From positions 3,256,073 to 3,320,072 of the forward strand of contig JBNZDD010013650.1 in NCBI GenBank assembly GCA_050575255.1: a DNA stretch of 64,000 nt. The letters are read 5' to 3'. Under the pieces are notes generated by a model. It worked only from the letters and a program-made list of their open reading frames with translations. It had not been told where the DNA came from and searched no databases. The stretch comes from Harriotta raleighana. Lineage: Eukaryota. Positions 1 through 12,395 of this stretch are shown here, in pieces. Positions within the stretch are counted from its first letter, which is position 1. Every line of letters starts with the position of its first letter. A program made the translations under genes and the position numbers.

Positions 1-176
1 TTCGTAAGAAAAGGCGGGATGGGAAATTGGGAGGAGGTTTTTTAAAAAAAAACTTTCCAACCAAACACTCAATAGAAGATTCGTGAAAAATGTACGACTG
101 CCCAGCAGACTGCCAACTGTCAGTCTAAATTGTGTGCTGGCTGAATTCAGAGGCTATTACTCCATTATAGAGTTGT

Positions 177-536
177 GGAGTCCTGTAGCTCAGTGGTTAG
201 AACACTTGCCTCGCAAGCAAGAGACCTGGATTCTATTCCCGTCAGGGAAATGTTGGGCAAGTTTTTTACTCCACACACCTTTGCTTACCTAGCAGTAAGT
301 AGGATTGTTAGTCGATTAGCGGAATGCTTTTCCGGGGATAATGATCCCTCCAAAAAAAAATATTTGGTCACTCAATCCATGACTGTTTGTGAGATACTGC
401 TGTGGGCAATTGGCTGCCAAGTTTCGCCCCACAAACATACAGTCAATTCACTTTACAGTATATTCTGTGAAGCGCTTTGAGATGTCTAGAAGATCTGAAA
501 AGCGCTATATCAAATACAAGGATTATTATTATTATT
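177..536 (+). mobile_element. Full-length tRNA-derived SINE (family A) with L2-type 3' tail
   Basis: tRNA-like head with A box tagctcagtggttag and degenerate B box gattctattccc. Body ...ctgctgtgggcaattggctgcc.... Tail aagcgctatatcaaatacaaggattattattatt. More than a dozen related copies occur in the window. Confidence 0.9.
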
Positions 537-624
537 GTTCATCCCACTGGAGTTCCACCTGCTTGCCTAGATTTTCTCAATTTATTTCCAGTATTGGGTG
601 AAAATGATTAACAATTAATTCGCT

Positions 625-1150
625 ACAACAACAATAAATTACACTTGTACATCACCTTTCACATCAGGAGGACGTCCCAAGGCACTGGACATTCACTGTT
701 TCAGACTTGAGCTGGGGTCAGGATTGGGGATGGTGGAGGGAAAGGAGGGGTGATCGATGGGCCTGCCGAAGGGGAGAGTCTTGAGGCGGCACTTGAAGGA
801 GGCTAGAGAGAGGGAGAGGTGGAGGGATTGTGGGATGGAATTCCAGAGGTCAGGAGCAGCTGAAGGCTTTCCTGCCAATGGTGGGGCTGGTGGGTCAGGG
901 GACATGGAGCAGTGGAGGTAGCGGACAGGTTGGTAGGGGGTTAGGAGATTACAAAGATAGGATGAGGCAAGGCCTTGGAGGGATTGCCTAGCTTGGTGAG
1001 GTGGAGTGGTCAATCATGGAGATTGATGCTACCAGTGCCTGATGTATGAAGGCGCTGGTGCGAGCTAATCAGGAAGACCTTGGTCTTGTTGACATTCAAC
1101 TGTAGAAAGTCAGCTCTCATCCAGGACTTGATGTCTGATAGGCCGTCTTG
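625..1150 (-). mobile_element. L2-clade LINE 3' fragment, internally deleted
   Basis: Minus-strand tail (caacaacaataaattacacttgtac...ctttcacatcaggaggacgtcccaagg). ORF2 C-terminal-like peptide APDLWNSIPQSL...SLASFKCRLKT. RT-like piece LSDIKSWMRADFLQLNVNKTK at about 1080-1140. Confidence 0.85.
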
Positions 1151-3394
1151 TCAGGACAGTAGTGTCTTGCGAGGGAAGAGGTAGAAAGATAAAAATTTAA
1201 GCAGGATTCCTGGAGAAGCTGTCACCAATCACCCCAATGTCAGCAATCACCAGCAATTGTCCATGTGGGACTTCCTCTCATTTCGCCATCATTTGTTTTC
1301 TCATGCAACCCAGACCCAAGTGACTGCATTGCTTTAAATGACGGTCCTAAATAATCTGATTAGTTATTTATTTGAAGCATTTCGGATACGCAAATAAATA
1401 CTTACACAAACTAAAAGTGAACTGATGTTAAGAGGACATGTGTAGGCGTGTATGTTTAGACTCCATCACTTCATGTGGTCTCTGATGCATGTCCCTCTCT
1501 ATGAAGTCATAGGCTGTTGAGCAAGATTCATTTTCCTTGATTGATGTCTGCCAGGAGCTTTATTAAATTGAAACACAAACGGTTATATTTTTCATACATG
1601 GCTTGAAAAATTGTATCCTGCAGCATAATTATGGTTGCAAGAAACCACTTTCAAGTAGCAAAACTTTTATTGAAACTTTGTTTAAAAAAAAGTTTGAAAT
1701 TCAGTCATGATTGATGTATGTTTGTGATGAGTTGTTAAGGTATGTTGGAACAGAGCATAAGGGATCTCTTAGCTGGGACTGAGAACAGAGTTAGTTGCCT
1801 CTTACAGAGCAGTGTGGTGCAAACGTGCTTGTTTGATCTTTCAAAGCCCTGACCATTGGAAGGGATGGAGTGAGTTGCCTCTGGGTATGTCTCATCAATT
1901 AGAATATGAGGGATGCTAGTAGAGGGAGGGAAGAAGGTTGCCCTAGACTGCTTATGACTTTATTATGGGTAGATGTCTTGTTAATGAATTTGGAAACTGA
2001 GGATAGATATGGCTATGGATAGCCCCAAACATGTAGGCTTATCCCCATCTTCTGAATGGACCCTCTGGGAAATATGCCCTGTGTCTGCTGCTGGATCCTG
2101 ACAGGCATGAAAACCATCACACGGTTAAGATCACGTTGAAAGTTTGGGGCAAATTCAAACTAAAATAAACCTAAGAAATGTTGCACTGAAATTTAACAGA
2201 ATGTTAGGAAAGATTTTCAAAGCAAAGTTGAAATTATCACCCAAATCAAGTCTCATAGGAGAAAGAAAAGCTCTGACACATTCTGATCCCCAAACTCAAC
2301 CAAACAAAAGCTCAAGCACATTCACTAAACCTAGCCTGCTAAACCTCCACATTTACTTTTCTCTCCTCTCCCCAACCCCAAGTATAGTACTTGGATTTTT
2401 ACAGCAATACACCATGTTGAAACATCTCAATGTGCTTCTCAGATAATTGCTATTAAGTGTTTTGTAAATAACACTGCAGCCAATCGTGTCAGCTGTCCCA
2501 ACATTGAAGTATTTTCACACCTCGCTAAATACCTGTGCCTATTATCTCCAGGACTGCTCCCAGGCTGATACTTATGCAGTTGTTTCTTGTGCTTGTTTAG
2601 GATAGATAGAAAGAAGATGAAGAATAAATCAGATTATGTCCTCAGCAAAACCCCAGGTGTTCGAGTGAACTGCATTGACATGGATTGACTTTCCCATTTC
2701 TGTACTCTTCTTTGATATGAAACCAAACCGGTGATGAGAGATTGCAGCTGGATTTTGTTGAGGGGAAAACCAGATTTGATTTGGGAATTAAATTGTATCA
2801 AAACTAGGGGGATGTTCAGAAATGTAGCAGTGAAAGAAGAGATCAAACCCAAATTAAACTAAAATGGTTTCCCTTGAGGTTTTTTTTTGAGTCCAGACAT
2901 GTTCACTTAAGTGCTGCTGTTAATTGTAAATTGATACCCATTCTTAAGTGTCTGAGCAAGCATTTGTCTCTCCTTATTATGCAGCAACTGCTGGAAAAGT
3001 ATAATGAAGGGATGTTTCACTTAAGTGTGCGGTTTTATAACTTGTGCACACACTCCACCAGCACCTATAACCATCACTTTCACTGCGACCAATGCAAACA
3101 TGTTCCAGTATTTTTCAAACGGGTCTGTTTAGTATCTTGTTATTTGCACAACTTGAACATAGTCTGTGTCCGACGTATGTATTTTACGATTGTCTTATGG
3201 CTTTCATTTAAAGGAACAATTAAATCATTTTAGCACAATTTTTCTTCTGCCTACCCTCGCCACACCCCTTGTTTCCTGAGGAACCAACATTTCCATGGAT
3301 GCTTTTCAACACCTGAACTCAGGTGATTGTTCCTCGACTGTGAACGCACACAGTGTGCATTCACAGTGTCAAGCATCAAGAGATATATCAGATC

Positions 3395-3630
3395 TTCTAC
3401 AGGTAGATAAGATTCCTAATGGGATTGAGAGTGACCAAGAATAATACGTTCAGATGCACCAAGGCAGCAGAATGAAAGGGCAAAAGTTCAGGATTGCAGA
3501 GGACAATTTCAATATAGACACCATGAAGTATTTCCTTGCCAAAGGAAAAACTAATGACTGGAATCAGGGAAGGTGGTTCAGGTTAGGATATAGGAATTTT
3601 TTGGAGGAAAAGGGAATGAAAGAAAGTGAG
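3395..3630 (+). mobile_element. Degraded CR1 LINE 3' ORF2 fragment
   Basis: Resembles the CR1 ORF2 end (...SRMKGQKFRI...MKYFL...WN). Confidence 0.5.
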
Positions 3631-4063
3631 AGGGAAGCTGTCCTCACATCCCCTCTCTCTCACCTTCCCTTTTTGCCATGCATTCCCCCTTGTTCCACCT
3701 GCTATTCGGAGTTCTAAACTGCTGTTTATGTATTAGCAGTGGGCAGGAATGCAGGAACCACCTGGTAACCTTGGATTTTCTCATACTTGCCCAGTTTTAT
3801 TCCCGATCAAAGCTGATAGCACCTCAAAATGTATTACCCAAGGACACACTTTTGCTTTATTAAGAATGAGATGAATAGTCAAAGTCCATAATCACAACAA
3901 ATATGGGGAGAAGATGTGGGAATCTTATGGTGGGGGGAACAATGAGTTAGAGGAAGAAATGGTGTAATTTTGTTACAAGGGAGAGGAACAATGTATAGGA
4001 TTGTGTATTTTTACCTAAGAAGGAATGAGAGAAAGAAGAAAGCCAAAGTAATATCTGTTTAGT

Positions 4064-4438
4064 GGAGTCCTGAAGCGTATTGGTTAGAGTGGTTGCCTTG
4101 CAAGCAAGCGGACTCGGGTTTGATTCCCGAACAGGTTGAAACCTTAGGCAAGTTTCCATATTCCACACCCCTCTGATTACTTAGCAGGAAGTAGGATTGT
4201 TAATCAGTTGTCATTCAATTGGCGGATCCCTTTCTGGTAGTACTCCCTTAATAAAAATATTCGTAACACAATGCACGGCTGTTTGTGGGACACTGCTGTG
4301 TGTAACTGTCTGCTGCGTTACATCCATAAAATGTACAGTCAATTCATTTTACAGTATATTCTGTGAAGTGCTTTGAGACGTCTCAACCACGTGATAAGGC
4401 ACTTTATCAAATGCCAGGATGAGTATTATCATTATTAT
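4064..4438 (+). mobile_element. Full-length family A SINE
   Basis: Head ggagtcctgaagcgtattggttagag...gggtttgattcccg. Same body and tail as 177-536. Confidence 0.88.
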
Positions 4439-6096
4439 AACACGAAAAAGCGAGAGAGAGATATGTGATGAAAGATAGGAGTTGAGAGAGAGGCTAGGAA
4501 AATTTGTCGTTGGATTCTATCCAGGAATGTGAAATGGGTGCAAGAGGAGCTACCCAGTTACTAGAGCATGCTTCAGGTCTTGGGATCTACTTGGCTTCAA
4601 CATTGTACATTTTTGTTTGTAGTTTGAGGCCAAGCCCAATAGAAAATGTTCCACAGGGATGAAGTATGTTGAATTGGAGCATCCCTTATGCCTCTAGCAG
4701 TGTGCACTTTGTTCTTAGAATGGCATTTTTTTTCTCTGGAAAATCTGGAGAGGGGGAGCAGGGAATGCCTGGTCTTGGCTGCTGAGTTTCTTAGCAGTAA
4801 AACGAATTGCTTAAGTTTGCACTAACGCTGAAACTGCCCTTTGTTTTGGAACAGAGATCTCTAGTGGCATATGCTTGCGTGCAAAAGAAACTGTGTGGAA
4901 GCCAAGTCGAGAGCCAAGGAGGCACAAAGACCTTATAAAATGTATTTGACAAAACCGGTATGAATTCTCGTTTCAGAAAGTAATGGCTTTCACAGGAAGG
5001 TTGTAAAATCTTCAAATAAAATGTGCTTTAATAGCAGACAGTTTTAAGAGGGGCCCTTTGCTTCTCACTGTGCAAAGGCTGCTGTGGAGGGTTTTGGTGG
5101 GCCAAGGAAATGTGCAGTTTAACAGATGATCATCATGTTATAAGACTTGATGGCGCTTGTTAAAGCGAAACCAATGACTGCCTTAAATGATGATTAAGAG
5201 CAGTGAATAGTTTTACTTGATCAGCCGAGGGTTTTTGCATGCATCTTGCGTTAGAGAATTTTTTTCTTTGTACAAAAACAATTCTCTTGTTATACTGGTG
5301 TTTGATCCCAAGGGGCACTACCCACCTCTGGTATCTCACCCTTGTGGTGGTTTCCCTGTGTGTCTTTATAACAACCCATTCTTTATAACAACCCATTGAG
5401 TGTGAATGGGGTTATTTGACTCTGATGGGGTGTGGGGGGGAGAAGCAAGACCAATCTTATTATCGCCCAACATTGCCACATTCCAGAAGTGAGATTGTCA
5501 GTTGGGAGACACCATTAGTTGTGCTGCTTGTCCACATTCCTCTGGCCTTTGGGTAAGGAATTGCTTCTGTCTGGTTAATAGCCATGTTGGAAGAGGGGTT
5601 CCGAAAGATTCTTCCGTTCCATTCATTCACTGGAACTTTTCCTTGAGGGAAGTTAAAGACTGACACAGAAGTAGTGGAGGCGTAGTCCCTGGATGTCCCA
5701 TGCTTGTCACTCTCATCAGTTCGCTCTGTTTCACTGAGGGTTTGTATTCAGTATTTAGGGTATGTTGGAAAAATGTTCTCCATTTCCAAATGGGCTTTTC
5801 GTTCTCACAAGTTTTAAGTTTTCTAGATGTTCATCTCCAGCATAAACACTGTATGGCAGTGCCTACATGTTTCCTCTTGAGCTGCAGGCTCTCTACTTGA
5901 AAAGAAGTCCCTTCCTCCTCACTATTGTCTATCTTCTCACTGTTAACATGTCTGAGCTCAAAATAAGACTTGTGTTTACCATCTTATCCCACGCTTTAAA
6001 AAAACAATGGGTTGTTATAAAGAATTGTACCCGTGTTGGAGTTTACACATATGACTTCTCTGTTGTATTCGCTGGGTCATCTTGACATGGATGTAG

Positions 6097-9000
6097 GTTT
6101 ATCTGGTTGATGAGCCTGGGTGGAAATGGAGAGTGGAGTGAGATGTTGCCTCATAGAACAGATCAACTAAAATGATGCATTTTCCAGCAGCTCCTTTAAA
6201 AATAGCAGTTGGAGGTTGTCTGTGGTCTGAGACATCGTCTGGCGTGGAGGGAGCTATGTAAATCCACGTTGTTGTTGCATGTCTGCTCAGTGTGTGCTCA
6301 GACTGTACCTCATTTGAGGGAGAGAGGTACAGTAAGAACTTTTGTATTTGATGTAGGGTCTAATATTTAAAATAATTTCATATGAAATTGATGGCAAGTA
6401 GAGGGTTTGTAGAAAATGTGGTAGGAAATTTCCACACATCAGGCCACGAATAAGCATGTAGTGAATGATCAATTTAAATGGAGTTCGTTGGCCAGCTACT
6501 GGGAGAAAGTCTTTAGAATAGTGCCATCTTTAATACCCACCTAAGTAGGTAGACAATGCCTCATCTTTATGTCTGATCTGGTGCACTGCACTGGTATATC
6601 AGCCTAGACTGAGAATTCAAAGCTTCTGATTTTAATGGGCTTCTGGAGGGGAGAGAAAGATCGACCAAGTATTTTTCACTGACGATAGTCACTTTTTTGT
6701 TGTTTTCCTCTCTCCCCTGCAATATTCTTCTAATCTCTAAAGTGGGGGCAATTTCACCGGAGGCTGTGTAAATACGACTGAGAGCCTCTGTTGAAGATGA
6801 AATGTGGTCTATGAGGATTGATGAGCTCTGGGAGAAGAAAGGCTCCTTCCTCACCCAGAATCTTTTTCTAGAACCGTCCATTCCTATAGCCAGCCACCTT
6901 AGATTCCACTCAGTATCCCGGCTGTGCCTCTGAGCTTCAAATACAACCAGTAGAAACCAATTAGTTCCATTTGATAAGGACTTTGTCCCTGCCTTCTGTG
7001 CTGCCCAGGCGAGTGCAGTGCCTTTCCGTCTTTTGTCTCTCTCACAGAAATCTGGGTCTGATTAAGTTTTGAATGAGGACCCAACACCTTGTGTTGAAAT
7101 ACTCCCTGCCTGTCCATGTTCTTTTGACCCAAACTGCACATGCCCAGTAGGTCAGGGATGATGATGATGTGGTTTTTTTTCATTGAGTGACAAAACCAAC
7201 ATCTGTTCAACAGATTACGCCAATAGATTGAGTTTCAGTGCGGCTCGTCTGGTTGCCTTTAGGTCATGCAGAGCCTAAGCAGGAATGACTGGCAAATTAT
7301 ACAACTTTGTGCTCTCAGTAAACCTACACCAAATTTGAGGAGTATTTGTGTGTTCAGAGCGAGTTTGGCTTGTGATAGTGTTGTCTATTGCCTCCAATTT
7401 CCATCAGTTCTCCAAATTCGTGCTCCCAGGCGATGGGAATTCCTCTCCATCAGGCAGGCCAAGGGCATCACTTTTCCCTTTGGGTCCTAGACGTGTTTTC
7501 CCAGCACTTTGGGAGGTACCACAATTCCCCACTCAGTTCCAGATGGGACGTATATTTGGAGACACCAAGGGGGTTCCCAAATACACTGCTTCAACCCAGT
7601 GCAGAACAGATGTGCAGCACAACAGATGATTATTCTGAACCCATTGCTAACCTATCCACCATAACCATTTGATATTGGTACACCCCTGATTTAAAACCTT
7701 TCGTTTGGCTGCCGTTGCAAACCATTGCTGATTTCACTGGGGCAGAGACTCCGACCACCGCAAGTTTGTATTCGTCACTCAAGGGGTAAACTTGCACCAT
7801 CCACATTAATTTGTTATTACTCCAATAGTATTTTTNNNNNNNNNNGTTTATCTGGTTGATGAGCCTGGGTGGAAATGGAGAGTGGAGTGAGATGTTGCCT
7901 CATAGAACAGATCAACTAAAATGATGCATTTTCCAGCAGCTCCTTTAAAAATAGCAGTTGGAGGTTGTCTGTGGTCTGAGACATCGTCTGGCGTGGAGGG
8001 AGCTATGTAAATCCACGTTGTTGTTGCATGTCTGCTCAGTGTGTGCTCAGACTGTACCTCATTTGAGGGAGAGAGGTACAGTAAGAACTTTTGTATTTGA
8101 TGTAGGGTCTAATATTTAAAATAATTTCATATGAAATTGATGGCAAGTAGAGGGTTTGTAGAAAATGTGGTAGGAAATTTCCACACATCAGGCCACGAAT
8201 AAGCATGTAGTGAATGATCAATTTAAATGGAGTTCGTTGGCCAGCTACTGGGAGAAAGTCTTTAGAATAGTGCCATCTTTAATACCCACCTAAGTAGGTA
8301 GACAATGCCTCATCTTTATGTCTGATCTGGTGCACTGCACTGGTATATCAGCCTAGACTGAGAATTCAAAGCTTCTGATTTTAATGGGCTTCTGGAGGGG
8401 AGAGAAAGATCGACCAAGTATTTTTCACTGACGATAGTCACTTTTTTTTTGTTTTCCTCTCTCCCCTGCAATATTCTTCTAATCTCTAAAGTGGGGGCAA
8501 TTTCACCGGAGGCTGTGTAAATACGACTGAGAGCCTCTGTTGAAGATGAAATGTGGTCTATGAGGATTGATGAGCTCTGGGAGAAGAAAGGCTCCTTCCT
8601 CACCCAGAATCTTTTTCTAGAACCGTCCATTCCTATAGCCAGCCACCTTAGATTCCACTCAGTATCCCGGCTGTGCCTCTGAGCTTCAAATACAACCAGT
8701 AGAAACCAATTAGTTCCATTTGATAAGGACTTTGTCCCTGCCTTCTGTGCTGCCCAGGCGAGTGCAGTGCCTTTCCGTCTTTTGTCTCTCTCACAGAAAT
8801 CTGGGTCTGATTAAGTTTTGAATGAGGACCCAACACCTTGTGTTGAAATACTCCCTGCCTGTCCATGTTCTTTTGACCCAAACTGCACATGCCCAGTAGG
8901 TCAGGGATGATGATGATGTGGTTTTTTTTCATTGAGTGACAAAACCAACATCTGTTCAACAGATTACGCCAATAGATTGAGTTTCAGTGCGGCTCGTCTG

Positions 9001-9584
9001 GTTGCCTTTAGGTCATGCAGAGCCTAAGCAGGAATGACTGGCAAATTATACAACTTTGTGCTCTCAGTAAACCTACACCAAATTTGAGGAGTATTTGTGT
9101 GTTCAGAGCGAGTTTGGCTTGTGATAGTGTTGTCTATTGCCTCCAATTTCCATCAGTTCTCCAAATTCGTGCTCCCAGGCGATGGGAATTCCTCTCCATC
9201 AGGCAGGCCAAGGGCATCACTTTTCCCTTTGGGTCCTAGACGTGTTTTCCCAGCACTTTGGGAGGTACCACAATTCCCCACTCAGTTCCAGATGGGACGT
9301 ATATTTGGAGACACCAAGGGGGTTCCCAAATACACTGCTTCAACCCAGTGCAGAACAGATGTGCAGCACAACAGATGATTATTCTGAACCCATTGCTAAC
9401 CTATCCACCATAACCATTTGATATTGGTACACCCCTGATTTAAAACCTTTCGTTTGGCTGCCGTTGCAAACCATTGCTGATTTCACTGGGGCAGAGACTC
9501 CGACCACCGCAAGTTTGTATTCGTCACTCAAGGGGTAAACTTGCACCATCCACATTAATTTGTTATTACTCCAATAGTATTTTT
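6097..9584 (+). repeat. Near-perfect direct duplication of 1739 bp (6097-7835 = 7846-9584) flanking the gap; probable unmerged contig overlap
   Basis: The sequence after the Ns restarts at gtttatctggttgatgagcc (=6097). Six ORFs recur at a constant offset of 1749. The one difference I saw is G6699 vs T8448. Confidence 0.97.
7836..7845. other. Assembly gap (10 N)
   Basis: Run of ten n characters. Confidence 1.
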
Positions 9585-9686
9585 TAAAAATTGCCTTATT
9601 TTTCTGAAACAGGATTTTCCTCCTTGAATTTCCAAACTTTTTACACAATGCAGTTGCAGTTGTGTGAGAGTGGTTTCCCTACATAT

Positions 9687-9711
9687 ACACACACACACAC
9701 ATACACACACA
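9687..9711. repeat. (CA)n microsatellite
   Basis: acacacacacacacatacacacaca. Confidence 0.85.
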
Positions 9712-11404
9712 ATGGGAGGTCAAAGAGGATAGACAATCCAACATATTATCAATTTATCTTAACAAAGAGACTGCATCTCTGATACTGTATTGCTCTGGAT
9801 TAGAGCAGTGAAAGTGTAAGTGTTATCCCATAGGATAGCCTGCAGGAAATGACCCTATGTCCCCCTTAGTAAGCACATTTAATTTGCATTTTGTCAGACT
9901 GGAGAGCTTCTAGTAGACTATTGTATTAACCTGTAGAAAGTTGTAGTAGAGCATGGATGATTGTATGGAGTTTGGACGGAACAAGAGAAGAATGTTTACG
10001 TGAACAATGGCATATGTGTTTTAGAACAATATGGAGAAACACAAGAAACCTGTGGAGAGAGAAATACAGTAAAAGTCGCATCAGTCTGTTCTGTATATAT
10101 CATATAATTGACCGTCATACATCTGCCTCAGTCGTGTTCAAAGTCTTATTGAATTTAGTTGTGTTAACAACTGCTTAACTTATAATGCTGCTACCATACG
10201 TGATGCTACTGAATTTACCAGCTGCCAGGTCAAAACTTAATGTGCTGCACCTGCCTCAAATGGAATACACCCCACATGCGCACACCCAGCCCTGTCAGGG
10301 TGGGAGAAGGGAGATAGTCGAGAGAGGAGAAAGAGAAAAAATCTTTGGGCCATTGCAACTGACTCATGCTGTTTACTGTATAATCTTCTCTGTTAACAAA
10401 CATAACAAAACCCTGTTCACTTTTCTCATTCCACCCCACACCCACGCTCTATGCATCCCAAGTCGAGTACTGCATTGAGTTTGTATGCGGTGCCCTCAAT
10501 GGACATGTCACCTGCTGAAACTTGGTCTGAGATCAGACACAAAGATTGATTACTTAGCCTTCTGCCCCAGGTAGCTGACGCCTATGGAATGATATGTTAT
10601 TCCATGAATCAGCACATCGAGGAGCAAAAGGGAGGTAAATTCAGGGAGAAGAAATAAAGGCTATGAGAGCAATGGAGATGTTTTCAAGTTGATGTTTTCA
10701 ACTGCTTGCTTCAGATAATTATGCAAGTGATTGAAATACGCATAGCTATGGCTGACTGAACCCTATCATGTCAAGTTATTCCACCCATGAGGTCAGGGGT
10801 GATTAAAGGAAACCGCATCAGCTTTCACCACCAGAGACAAACTGATATCGTAAAAGAATCTTATTTAAAAATTGCTTTTCTCAAAATATAGAACAATATC
10901 CAAAAATAATAGTCACCATGTTAAGTTAAACATATAGCATAAACACTGATTATAATGTGGAGAAAGGTTTAACTGAAACTGGAGGCACAAGATAAAAGTT
11001 GATTATTTTTTTTAACCAGAGTCCAAAGAAAAAAAGAATTTAAATTTTTAATCTAGATCCAACAAGCTCTTGAAACTGGAGTTTGTTTTTATGTCATGGA
11101 TTTAGAGGGGGGGTGGGTGGTGGGGTAGAAGGAGAATGGGGACCAGAGGAGGGAAGGGCGGGTTAAGAAGGTATAACCACAGAACCTGATCCAATCTTTG
11201 CTTGACCTCTATACATGGCCTAATCAGCTAAACTATTGAGCAGAACTTCTTTCTATATGTTCTTAATAAAGAATTGGAAGGTGAGAGAGAGGGTAATATT
11301 TAACTGTTTGTTTCATCTGACCGATTGGGAGGATTTTTCCCCTTTCCAACCAAAGGGTGTTGAGGTCAATTATAGTACCCCACTCCACACCCTTCCCAAC
11401 ACCT

Positions 11405-11512
11405 CCATCCCACTAAGATCAGCTAAATCAGCACAGAGCAGGGATCAAAGCTGGGAATTTGCCTGATCTGCATGGGTGTTCCTTACTGGGCAGTGCCTTT
11501 ACCCGCTGAGCC
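11405..11512 (-). mobile_element. Head of an old tRNA-derived SINE (family C); related pieces near 19100-19330, 29180-29340, 40320-40560, 60790-60940 and 63430-63600
   Basis: The reverse complement reads ggctcagcgggtaaaggcactg...cccagctttgatccctgctctgtgctgatttagctgatct. Similar motifs recur at the listed sites. Confidence 0.55.
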
Positions 11513-12045
11513 GTTGTTTCCAATTGTAAACAAAATGTTCTTACTTTGGACACATTCGTGGTAGGATTACTGTCACTTCATGTTAGCAATTACCTGCAGG
11601 TCAATGTTTATGTTTAAACTAAAGAGCAGCACCTGGAAATGGAGTATTCAGGAAAACCTGTTGAGCAAACTGCTCCTTGCTATTGAGACTAATGTCAGGG
11701 AATTCATGTGCAGAACAATATTTAACGCTGGTGAATTCTCCCTGCCTTCTGCATTGATCTCTGTTTGCATCTTAGTCTAAAATCACATTTAAATTGTCAC
11801 TCTGGTAGTGGGATTGTGATCAGCTATTCAAGACTGGAAAGTGACCACAATGTGACATTAACCTATTACTTTTGGTTGGTTCGACTCCAGAAATGTGAAG
11901 CACTTGGGCTGTTGTACAAGCCTCATGTGAAATGAATTTGGATGGCCTATTGGTTCACAGGCTAAAGTGATTCTTAATTCTCTTTGTGTGTGTTTTATGT
12001 TAATTCATTTGATTGGTATCAAAAAGTTTTCCTGCATGTTTCTAA

Positions 12046-12267
<222 letters not shown>

Positions 12268-12279
12268 TGATGGATATTA

Positions 12280-12395
12280 CCCACAAAATATACAGTCAAT
12301 TCACTTTCTAATATATTCTGTGATTCGCTTTGAGATGCCTCGGGGCCGGGATAAGGTGCTATATCAAACGGAAGGATTATTATTTATATTTATTA
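12280..12395 (+). mobile_element. Family A SINE 3' fragment, 17 nt downstream of the exon donor
   Basis: cccacaaaatatacagtcaattcacttt...ggtgctatatcaaacggaaggattatta. Confidence 0.85.

Noticed and set aside
177-250. tRNA-like sequences (also at 4064, 19543, 28030-28097 and 51445-51512)
   Set aside because: They are SINE heads: the cloverleaf is degenerate and each runs directly into the shared SINE body and tail.
3349-3368. CACAGTG heptamers suggesting V(D)J recombination signals
   Set aside because: No nonamer at 12 or 23 bp spacing and no antigen-receptor segments nearby.
6287-9421. Apparent duplicated cluster of six ORFs
   Set aside because: No recognisable protein similarity. The repetition simply reflects the gap-flanking duplication.
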